A stretch of DNA of 64,000 nucleotides from an uncultured Chitinophagales bacterium (lineage in GTDB: Bacteria; Bacteroidota; Ignavibacteria; UBA10030; UBA6906): the NCBI GenBank assembly GCA_964495695.1, contig CAZBWR010000004.1:39006-103005 (forward strand), written 5' to 3'. Position numbers and translations under genes: made by a program. This document shows, piece after piece, positions 46,624 to 54,553 of the stretch. The notes beneath the pieces were generated by a model that had not been told where the DNA came from, did no database searches, and saw nothing but the letters and a program-made list of their open reading frames with translations. How positions within the stretch are numbered: the first letter of the stretch is position 1; each line of letters starts with the position of its first letter.

Positions 46624-47793
46624 ATGGCAGAAGCAATGATCGCCGGCGGCATGGACCTCACCCTCACCGAGAGCCAGAAGGCGGTGCAGGAACTTGCCAG
46701 AGAATTTGCAGAAGAGGAAATTCGTCCGCATGTGATGAAGTATGACGAATCGCAGGAATTTCCTCATGACATAGTCAAAAGAGCGGCGGAGTTAGGCTTT
46801 ATGGGTATGACGTGGCCGGAGGAGTTGGGCGGTGCCGGACTGTCGGAACTTGAGGCAATTGTCATCATCGAAGAAATTGCCAAGGTTGATCCTTCCATCG
46901 CCCTGACTGTTGCGTCGCACAACAGTCTTTGCACGGGGCACATCATGAAGTTTGCAAACGACGGATTGAAGAAGAAGTATGTTCCGGATCTGGCTTCCGG
47001 CCGTAAGCTGGGTGCATGGGGATTGACGGAGCCCGGCTCCGGCAGCGATTCCGGCGGGATGAAGACCGTTGCAACCCGTGACGGTGACGACTGGATTCTC
47101 AACGGCAGTAAAACTTTCATCACACAAGGCTCGGTAGGCTCGACATACGTTATCATGGCGATGACAGACCCTTCAAAGGGGAAGTATAGCATCTCCACAT
47201 TTATCCTTGAGAAGGGCATGAAAGGTTTCTCTATCGGCAAGAAAGAGAACAAACTCGGTATGCGATGCAGCGATACTGCTACACTGATATTCGACAACGT
47301 CCGTGTTCCGGGTTCAAATCTTGTCGGCGAAGTGGGACATGGATTCAAGCAGGCCCTTGCTGTACTTGATGGCGGCCGTATCGGTATCGCGGCGCTTTCC
47401 GTCGGGATTGCCCAAGGGGCGCTGGATGCAAGCATCAAGTATGCCCGTGAGCGCAAGCAGTTCGGGAAAGCGCTTGCCGAGTTCCAAGCTATACAATGGA
47501 AAATTGCCGACATGGCGACCGAAATCCACGCCGCCCGACTCTTAACGCAAAAAGCGGCCTGGATGGCAACGCAGGGAATGAACTACACTCTTGCGGTAAG
47601 TCAGGCCAAACTGTTTGCCAGCGAAGCGGCAGTCCGAGCCACGAACGAAGCCGTGCAGATTCACGGCGGCTACGGCTTCATCAAGGAATTCCCCGTTGAA
47701 AAACTCTACCGCGACGTCAAGTTGATGACTATCGGGGAAGGGACATCTGAAGTCCAAAAAATGATTATCGCACGCAGCATCTTACAACTCTGA
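46624..47793 (+). CDS. Acyl-CoA dehydrogenase (short/branched-chain type)
   Basis: 389 aa. Canonical ACAD motifs (GLTEPGSGSDSGGMKT, C-terminal QIHGGYGFIKEFPVEKLYRDVKLMTIGEGTSEVQ). Confidence 0.85.
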   Translation: MAEAMIAGGMDLTLTESQKAVQELAREFAEEEIRPHVMKYDESQEFPHDIVKRAAELGFMGMTWPEELGGAGLSELEAIVIIEEIAKVDPSIALTVASHNSLCTGHIMKFANDGLKKKYVPDLASGRKLGAWGLTEPGSGSDSGGMKTVATRDGDDWILNGSKTFITQGSVGSTYVIMAMTDPSKGKYSISTFILEKGMKGFSIGKKENKLGMRCSDTATLIFDNVRVPGSNLVGEVGHGFKQALAVLDGGRIGIAALSVGIAQGALDASIKYARERKQFGKALAEFQAIQWKIADMATEIHAARLLTQKAAWMATQGMNYTLAVSQAKLFASEAAVRATNEAVQIHGGYGFIKEFPVEKLYRDVKLMTIGEGTSEVQKMIIARSILQL

Positions 47794-47799
47794 CAGCGC

Positions 47800-49455
47800 A
47801 TGACTCGAATCGGCACAGATCTTAAGAGAACCGCCTCTCTCGAAAAAAATGCGGAAAACTATCGGACGCTGCTTGAGCGGCTCGCCTTGCGCCGCGCTGA
47901 AGTCGAGCTCGGTGGTGGAAAATCCGCGATCGAGAAGCTCCACCAGAAAGGAAAACTGAGTGCACGGGAGCGCATTGCCAAGCTCATAGATCCGGGAAGC
48001 TATTTTCTTGAAGTGGGACTCTTTGCCGCGTACGAAATGTATGAAGAATATGGCGGTGCTCCGTCGTCGGGAACAGTGTTTGGGGTCGGCAAGATCCATG
48101 GTCGTGACGTTGTTATCGTGGCGAATGATGCAACGGTGAAGGCCGGAGCCTGGTTTCCGATTACTGCCAAGAAAAATCTGAGGGCGCAGGAAATTTCCAT
48201 CGAAAACCGTCTGCCGATCGTGTACCTCGTCGATTCTGCAGGAGTATTCCTCCCTTTGCAGAGCGAAATCTTCCCTGACAAAGAGCACTTCGGCCGCATA
48301 TTTAGAAATAACGCCGTCATGTCATCGCTTGGCATCACACAGATCGCCGCCATCATGGGGCCTTGTGTTGCCGGAGGAGCGTATCTTCCCATCATGAGTG
48401 ATGAGGCGATGATCGTCGACAAGACTGGCAGCGTATTTCTGGCGGGATCACATCTCGTCAAAGCTGCTATCGGTGAGGAAATTGATAATGAGAGATTAGG
48501 CGGAGCAACAGTACATTGCGAGATCAGCGGTGTCACTGACCACAAGATGGCAAATGATGATGAGTGTCTGGAGAAGGTCCGCAGCATTATCGGGAAGCTC
48601 GGCAGACGCCCGACCGCGGGTTTCGACCGGATTGCCGCCAAACCGCCGAAGTTTCCTCTGGAAGAGATCTACGATTTCTTTCCTGCAGACAGGGCAAAAC
48701 CATACGACACCTACGAACTTCTCGCACGCATCCTTGACGACAGCGAGATTGATGAGTACAAGGAAGGGTACGGCAAAACGCTGATCACCGGCTACGCACG
48801 CATCGACGGATGGGCTGTCGGGATTGTGGCAAACCAGCGCTCGGTAGTGAAGAACGCCAAGGGCGAGATGCAGGTCGGCGGCGTGATCTATAGCGATAGC
48901 GCAGACAAGGCGGCACGTTTCATCTTGAACTGCAATCAGAAGCTCATTCCTCTTGTTTTTTTCCAGGATGTTGCAGGGTTTATGGTCGGCAGCCGGGCGG
49001 AACACGGGGGCATTATCAAAGACGGTGCAAAGCTTGTCAATGCAGTCGCCAACAGCGTTGTACCCAAATTCACGTTCATGATTGGTAATAGCTACGGCGC
49101 CGGGAACTATGCAATGTGCGGCAAGGCGTACGATCCCCGGCTGATCTACGCGTGGCCGACCGCGCAGATTGCCGTCATGGGAGGCAAGCAGGCAAGCGAA
49201 ACACTGCTCGGAATCAAGATCCATCAGATGGAAAAGGGAGGCAAGCACATCTCGAAAGAGGAGCAGCAGCAGTTGCTGGCCGAAATCCAGAGCCGCTATG
49301 AAAGCGAGACTGATCCGTATTTTGCCGCTGCGCGGTTGTGGGTGGATGGCATTGTTGATCCGGCAGAGACGCGGCAAATTGTTTCCCGTGGAATCGAAAT
49401 GGCAGCGAACAATCCGGAAATACCAAAGTTCAATCCCGGAGTGATTCAAACGTGA
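47800..49455 (+). CDS. Acyl-CoA carboxylase carboxyltransferase subunit (propionyl-CoA carboxylase beta / methylmalonyl-CoA decarboxylase alpha family)
   Basis: 551 aa with two crotonase-like CT domains (KQHQKGKLSARERI, GGAYLPIMSDE, AWPTAQIAVMG). Confidence 0.85.
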   Translation: MTRIGTDLKRTASLEKNAENYRTLLERLALRRAEVELGGGKSAIEKLHQKGKLSARERIAKLIDPGSYFLEVGLFAAYEMYEEYGGAPSSGTVFGVGKIHGRDVVIVANDATVKAGAWFPITAKKNLRAQEISIENRLPIVYLVDSAGVFLPLQSEIFPDKEHFGRIFRNNAVMSSLGITQIAAIMGPCVAGGAYLPIMSDEAMIVDKTGSVFLAGSHLVKAAIGEEIDNERLGGATVHCEISGVTDHKMANDDECLEKVRSIIGKLGRRPTAGFDRIAAKPPKFPLEEIYDFFPADRAKPYDTYELLARILDDSEIDEYKEGYGKTLITGYARIDGWAVGIVANQRSVVKNAKGEMQVGGVIYSDSADKAARFILNCNQKLIPLVFFQDVAGFMVGSRAEHGGIIKDGAKLVNAVANSVVPKFTFMIGNSYGAGNYAMCGKAYDPRLIYAWPTAQIAVMGGKQASETLLGIKIHQMEKGGKHISKEEQQQLLAEIQSRYESETDPYFAAARLWVDGIVDPAETRQIVSRGIEMAANNPEIPKFNPGVIQT

Positions 49456-49462
49456 AGAAGGC

Positions 49463-50230
49463 GTGAGGGCGGAGATCATTAAAATCGTGATCCTTGCAAT
49501 ACTCCTTACGGGAACCGTTCCGGCAATGTTTGGCCAGGTGCCGGTTTTCCCCGACAGGGCGGAGATGCCGGAGCTCATAAGTTTCTTTGCTCCTGTCATC
49601 TTTCCCAAGGTAATTCAGGACGGCTACGCTTTGAAGCAGTATGTCCGTAGCGAGCAGTTTCGCGAGTTCCGCAGCGCGTACGGCGATCTCTTTTCTGTTG
49701 ATGCGATTTTCGACAAGGCCATGCGCCTCTCGTGGAACAATGCATACGAGGCGCTGCTTATCTCGTTGTTCGCGACTATGGATCACAGCAAGTTCGGCGT
49801 GAGGGTGCCTCTGCTCGGTCCGCTTATCTGGGTGCCGCTTACATCGGAAAGTGAGGAAGAGTTTCGGGCCCGAATTGCTGCGCTTCCCCGCTCTCTGTAC
49901 CCTGATTCACCGGAAAGCGGAGCAGGAGATCGTGATAAGCTACAGCATTTTTTCGGCTCGGCGTTTCTTGCTTACGTGTTTGAGAGTCGGGATGCTGCTG
50001 ACAGGATCGGCGAGTTCATCGAGTGGGGGGAGGACAAGGTGATTGTTGACGGCGCACTTGATGAAAGGGATTTTAGAGCAAACCGGCACGGGCAGGATTT
50101 CGGCTTGAGGCTTCTTGAGGATAGGGCGGCATTGCCATCCCCCTTCTTCCGTTTTGTCATAGCGCAAAGTGATTCGCACCTTACAATACATCCCGTTGCG
50201 CCTGATTTGTTAGACCAGGAGAAGAAATGA
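49463..50230 (+). CDS. Hypothetical secreted protein
   Basis: 255 aa. Signal peptide (IVILAILLTGTVPAMFGQ). No recognised domain. Stop overlaps the start of the downstream NtrC-type gene (ATGA). Confidence 0.4.
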   Translation: MRAEIIKIVILAILLTGTVPAMFGQVPVFPDRAEMPELISFFAPVIFPKVIQDGYALKQYVRSEQFREFRSAYGDLFSVDAIFDKAMRLSWNNAYEALLISLFATMDHSKFGVRVPLLGPLIWVPLTSESEEEFRARIAALPRSLYPDSPESGAGDRDKLQHFFGSAFLAYVFESRDAADRIGEFIEWGEDKVIVDGALDERDFRANRHGQDFGLRLLEDRAALPSPFFRFVIAQSDSHLTIHPVAPDLLDQEKK

Positions 50231-51594
50231 AGTCCATTCTGGTAGTAGATGACGACAAAGAGATCCGCGAGTCGCTGCGGATGATTCTGCAGTATGCAAA
50301 GTATGATACACATTTCGCCGAAGACGGCACTTCCGCGCTCTCCCAACTCGCTTCCTTCTCCTTCGATCTCGTTTTGCTTGATATCAAGATGTCAGGCATG
50401 GACGGCATCGAGGTATTGAAGAAGATCCGGGAGACGGATCAGGAAACCCCCGTTGTCATGATCTCCGGACATGCCACCATCGAAACGGCAGTTGAGGCCA
50501 CGCGCATCGGGGCATATGACTTTCTGCAAAAACCGCTCGACAAGGACAAGCTGTTAATCGTCGTCCGTAACGCCACCGAGAAGCGGCGCCTGCTCGTTGA
50601 GAACAAGCAGATGAAAGAGAAGGTCGAAGGCCGCAGCGTCATTCTCGGCGAGAGCCAGAAAATCAAAGATGTGTTGGCCAATATCGACCGGGTCGCTCCG
50701 ACCGATGCTCGTGTGCTGATTACAGGGGAGAATGGCGTTGGAAAAGAGCTTGTTGCAAAAGCGATTCACCGGCAAAGCAAGAGGAAAGAAAAGCCCCTGA
50801 TAGAAGTGAATTGCGCGGCCATCCCCAACGAACTCATTGAATCCGAATTGTTCGGTCACGAAAAAGGTTCATTCACGGGGGCAACGAATCAGCGTATCGG
50901 CAAGTTCGAGCTTGCCGATGGAGGCACGATCTTTCTTGACGAGGTTGGTGACATGAGTATGAACGCACAAGCGAAAGTCTTGCGTGCGTTGGAAGAAGGC
51001 AAAATAGAACGTGTCGGGGGGAATAAACAAATTGCAGTGGATACGCGGGTGATAGCTGCAACCAACAAAAATCTCCCCGAGGCCATCAAGCAGGGTCTGT
51101 TCAGGGAAGACCTGTACCACCGGCTGAACGTCATTCCGATTCCTGTTCCGCCTTTGCGTGAGCGGCGCGATGATATCCCGTTATTGGCTTCGGCGTTTGC
51201 CGAGGAGCTTTGCCAGCGTTATGGCATGGGCACCAAGAAATTCTCTGAAGAGACTCTCCAGAAGATGAAGAACATGGACTGGCCGGGGAACGTGCGCGAA
51301 CTGCGCAACATCGTTGAACGGCTGCTGATCATGACGCCCTCGAACACGATTGAGCCCTCGGCTCTTGAGCAAGGGGCGAGCGGCCCCAGAACGGAATTTG
51401 ATGACTTGCTGAGCTTGGGGGGGACTTTTCAGGACTTTAAAGACAGGGCAGAGGCCGCATACATTAAGAAGATGCTGGACGAGTATCACTGGAACATCAG
51501 CAAAACTGCGGAAGCACTCGACATCCAGCGAAGCCATCTGTATAACAAGATGAAAAAATTCGGCATGACCCGCGGTGACGAGGATGCCGGTTAA
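50227..51594 (+). CDS. Sigma-54-dependent transcriptional response regulator (NtrC family), second copy
   Basis: 455 aa. REC domain, AAA+ (GENGVGKELVAKAIH, ESELFGHEKGSFTGA) and Fis HTH (KTAEALDIQRSHLYNKMKKFG). Confidence 0.85.
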   Translation: MKSILVVDDDKEIRESLRMILQYAKYDTHFAEDGTSALSQLASFSFDLVLLDIKMSGMDGIEVLKKIRETDQETPVVMISGHATIETAVEATRIGAYDFLQKPLDKDKLLIVVRNATEKRRLLVENKQMKEKVEGRSVILGESQKIKDVLANIDRVAPTDARVLITGENGVGKELVAKAIHRQSKRKEKPLIEVNCAAIPNELIESELFGHEKGSFTGATNQRIGKFELADGGTIFLDEVGDMSMNAQAKVLRALEEGKIERVGGNKQIAVDTRVIAATNKNLPEAIKQGLFREDLYHRLNVIPIPVPPLRERRDDIPLLASAFAEELCQRYGMGTKKFSEETLQKMKNMDWPGNVRELRNIVERLLIMTPSNTIEPSALEQGASGPRTEFDDLLSLGGTFQDFKDRAEAAYIKKMLDEYHWNISKTAEALDIQRSHLYNKMKKFGMTRGDEDAG

Positions 51595-52328
51595 AGCCTC
51601 CGCTGACGGACAGCCTCGAACATCACTAACGCCCCAGCCACCGAGGCGTTGAGCGACTGTATCTTGCCAAGCAGGGGAATCTTCACAAGAAAATCACAAT
51701 GCTCTTTCACCAGCCGGCGTATTCCTTTTCCTTCATTCCCTACTACGATTCCGATCGGTGAAGTATAATCGACGGCGTCGTACGTTTTGTCGCCTGCCTC
51801 GTCAAGACCCGCAATCCAAAAATGTTCCTTCTTCAACGCTTCGAGTGTGTTGACGATGTTGGTGACCTCTGCGATCGGAATGTGAGCTGTCGCCCCTGCC
51901 GACGCCTTGATCACTGTTGCATTCACGGGGGCAGAATGGTGTTTCGGAACCACAACCCCGTGCGCCCCCGCACATTCCGCTGAACGGATGAGCGCGCCAA
52001 GGTTCTGCGGGTCTTCAATTTCGTCGAGAATCAGAACAAACGGCTTTTCGCCTTTGGATGCGGCACGTTCGAGAATTGCTTCGATTGAAGAGTATGTATG
52101 GCGTGTTTGAAGTACGGCGACAACCCCCTGGGTCATCTGGTCGTGCGCAAGTTCACGGAAGTGATGACGGTCGGCTTCCACGACGGGTACTCTGCGCTTC
52201 GTGGCGAGGGTCTTGATCTCTTCAATCGGTTTGCCATGAACGCCGGGGAGCACGACGATACGCTCGATGGCTGTTCCGCTTCGGAGAGCTTCAATGACAG
52301 GCTTTCGTCCGGCGATCAGTTCCGCCAT
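51591..52328 (-). CDS. SpoU/TrmH-family RNA 2'-O-methyltransferase (RlmB-like)
   Basis: 245 aa. N-terminal L30e-like region and a C-terminal SPOUT domain (ILDEIEDPQNLGALIRSAECAGAHGVV, IPLLGKIQSLNASVAGALVMFE). Confidence 0.8.
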   Translation of the reverse strand: MAELIAGRKPVIEALRSGTAIERIVVLPGVHGKPIEEIKTLATKRRVPVVEADRHHFRELAHDQMTQGVVAVLQTRHTYSSIEAILERAASKGEKPFVLILDEIEDPQNLGALIRSAECAGAHGVVVPKHHSAPVNATVIKASAGATAHIPIAEVTNIVNTLEALKKEHFWIAGLDEAGDKTYDAVDYTSPIGIVVGNEGKGIRRLVKEHCDFLVKIPLLGKIQSLNASVAGALVMFEAVRQRRL

Positions 52329-52334
52329 GGCTGC

Positions 52335-52553
52335 TTACGTGGATATACTACGTGGGGTGGATTGTGCCTGCCGACGCGCATGTTTCCGGGCAAGATATTT
52401 CTCGATGCCCCAGCCTACAAGAAACACTGCAACGCCGATGAGACTTAAGTAGAGTTCCATCCACATGCTTGCGCTGAAGATACCTTGCACCAGCCCGATC
52501 ATCACACAGGCGATGCCGAGGGCTTCAAATCCCTTTGCGACATAGAACATCAA
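52335..52553 (-). CDS. Small hypothetical membrane protein
   Basis: 72 aa; two hydrophobic helices; no family recognised. Confidence 0.35.
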   Translation of the reverse strand: MMFYVAKGFEALGIACVMIGLVQGIFSASMWMELYLSLIGVAVFLVGWGIEKYLARKHARRQAQSTPRSIST

Positions 52554-52852
52554 CGGGAAATCTCCATGTCGCTGTCGTCGTCGGTGTCTCCCGCATCGCC
52601 ATCCTCTGCCTTGCTGATTTGCTGGAGGCGAATCTTGAACCCATGTTCATGTATGCGGTGTTTGAAAGCCATACGCTTGTTGATATGTACGACCGGAAAG
52701 TCCTCTTTGTATTCATCATAGAAGGCTTCGCCGGCTATAAGCTTGTAGACTTTAAGCGTGAAGGGAATTTCTGCCTGCACTTTTTCCAGCACGGCTTGTG
52801 CTTCATCGCACAGGTGGCAATCTTCTTTGGAGTACAACTCTACAAGCGTCAT
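52550..52852 (-). CDS. Glutaredoxin-like thioredoxin-fold protein (DUF836-like) with acidic C-terminal tail
   Basis: CxxC-like motif LYSKEDCHLCDEA, then a thioredoxin-like core, then a DGDAGDTDDDSDMEI tail. The ORF track start at 52897 overlaps lgt; the likely start MTLVELY at 52852 overlaps the lgt stop (ATGA). Confidence 0.55.
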   Translation of the reverse strand: MTLVELYSKEDCHLCDEAQAVLEKVQAEIPFTLKVYKLIAGEAFYDEYKEDFPVVHINKRMAFKHRIHEHGFKIRLQQISKAEDGDAGDTDDDSDMEISR

Positions 52853-53676
52853 GGTACCGTCTCCTGTGTGCGGTTTGATGAGAGACGGAAAGCCCATACT
52901 GCGCCGATTATGAACAGGACAATGCTTATGAGTTGCGCCTCCGAAAGTCCGAAAAGGAATCTGGGATTAAGCCTCAGAAACTCGACACTGAACCGGAATG
53001 CACTTGACATCATGAGATAGATGGCAAAGAGCATACCGTCCGGATAGTTCTTTTTCCGGAAGTAATTCCACATCAGAATGAACCCGGCAACCCCGAGGAG
53101 CATTTCGTACACAGGGGTCGGGTGGCAGGGAGTGTTGTTGGGCACTACGCAGTTGGGATACTGGCATGCAACTTCGGGGAAAATGGCAAACGCCTTTGAG
53201 GGGGGATAGGTCCCGTTTTCGTAGTTTGTTCCCCATGGCAGATCCGTCGGAAAACCGTAATCACCATCCCCCGAGAGATGGCATCCGATGCGAGCAACAC
53301 CGTAAGCAAGGATCAATGCGACGCCGAGCCCGTCAAGGACTTTCAGGATCGGAATCTTGCGCTGCTTAATGTAGACGACAATCGCAGCGATGCCGAGAAT
53401 GAAACCGCCATACCATGTGAGTCCCCCGGCGGAAAAGAGGGTATCAATAAATGACTGCTTCGCGGTTTCCCAATTCTCGATGACATAGAGCAACTTGGCG
53501 CCGATTATGCCGAAGATCAACGCTACGATAGTGATGTTGCTTGCTTCGTTCGGGTTAAGGCGCTTGCGTTTGAGTTCGAGGGAGAGGATATAACTGCCAA
53601 GCAAGAAGCCGATGCCAAGCATCAGTCCGTAGCTGTATACTTTGATCGGTCCGATTTCAAAAAGTACTGGGATCAT
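52849..53676 (-). CDS. lgt: Phosphatidylglycerol--prolipoprotein diacylglyceryl transferase
   Basis: 275 aa. Canonical N-terminus MIPVLFEIGPIKVYSYGLMLGIGFLLG; polytopic membrane protein with the Lgt signature region GYPFGWDG-like (YGFPTDLPWG). Confidence 0.85.
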   Translation of the reverse strand: MIPVLFEIGPIKVYSYGLMLGIGFLLGSYILSLELKRKRLNPNEASNITIVALIFGIIGAKLLYVIENWETAKQSFIDTLFSAGGLTWYGGFILGIAAIVVYIKQRKIPILKVLDGLGVALILAYGVARIGCHLSGDGDYGFPTDLPWGTNYENGTYPPSKAFAIFPEVACQYPNCVVPNNTPCHPTPVYEMLLGVAGFILMWNYFRKKNYPDGMLFAIYLMMSSAFRFSVEFLRLNPRFLFGLSEAQLISIVLFIIGAVWAFRLSSNRTQETVP

Positions 53677-54059
53677 GCAACGACGAATTCGATAAAGGAT
53701 TTTTTTGGTGATTTCACAAGTGTAATGCTCTTTGCCGAGACCTCAACGGTGCACTCAGTTGCAGTTCCGTCAAAACTCTCAACGTGGATATGCACGGCGC
53801 CGCGCAAATGTTCATACTCTTTCATGAAGCGGGCGGTTCCCGAAGAGGGGAGGCTGAGTTGCGGCGTCTTTAGTCCGAGGATTTTATACCTCAGCGTATT
53901 ATCCTCTTGTTCTTCGCGTACCGAGATTTCGTAGCGGAAGGTGGCAAAGGCTTTTATCGTCTCGAGTGTAATGAGGGTTGTAGGACGCTGGGTCCGTTCG
54001 TTGAAGTGCGGTGCAATCGTCAGGCGGTATTCAATTTCCTCGGGTTTTTTCTTTGCCAT
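53673..54059 (-). CDS. Hypothetical protein (no recognised domain)
   Basis: 128 aa. Start is 10 nt downstream of the ptsN stop; stop overlaps the lgt start. Likely co-transcribed with ptsN. Confidence 0.4.
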   Translation of the reverse strand: MAKKKPEEIEYRLTIAPHFNERTQRPTTLITLETIKAFATFRYEISVREEQEDNTLRYKILGLKTPQLSLPSSGTARFMKEYEHLRGAVHIHVESFDGTATECTVEVSAKSITLVKSPKKSFIEFVVA

Positions 54060-54068
54060 GCAGGCTGC

Positions 54069-54539
54069 TTACCCCTCGAAGTATGTTGCTTCTTCCTGCT
54101 TGAACATTTCCACGATTTCTTTCGGGGATTGCATCTCCAGAAGCCGGGTCCGAAATTCGGCTTTGTTCATCAGCCGGGAAATTTTGCTCAAGAGTTTTAT
54201 GTGCGGGCCGACCATGTTTGCCTTGCTGACGAGGAGGAACACAAGCCGCACCGGCTTTTCGTCAAGTGACTCGTAGTCAATCGGGTCGGCAGTTACGGCG
54301 AACGCTCCCACAATATCGGAAACCGCGTCCGTTTTGCCGTGCGGGATTGCGAATCCGTCTCCTACGCCGGTGGACATGATGCCTTCCCGCTCGAACACTG
54401 CCTCGCGAACCTTCTCCTTGTCCAGTACTTTGGACGACTTTGCGACAATATCAATGATTGCATTGATAATGTCCTTCTTGTCCGATCCCTGGAGGTGTGT
54501 AACAACAAGATCTTCAGTTAATAGATCGCTGATTTTCAT
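54069..54539 (-). CDS. ptsN: PTS EIIA type-2 (nitrogen regulatory PtsN/EIIA-Ntr-like)
   Basis: 156 aa. The phosphorylatable His sits in GDGFAIPHGK; the overall EIIA-2 fold pattern is present. Confidence 0.75.
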   Translation of the reverse strand: MKISDLLTEDLVVTHLQGSDKKDIINAIIDIVAKSSKVLDKEKVREAVFEREGIMSTGVGDGFAIPHGKTDAVSDIVGAFAVTADPIDYESLDEKPVRLVFLLVSKANMVGPHIKLLSKISRLMNKAEFRTRLLEMQSPKEIVEMFKQEEATYFEG

Positions 54540-54553
54540 TCTTCAGGATACTC

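Noticed and set aside
48496-49608. 370-aa ORF on the - strand opposite the carboxyltransferase gene
   Set aside because: Antisense shadow of a well-conserved carboxyltransferase; no domain signal.
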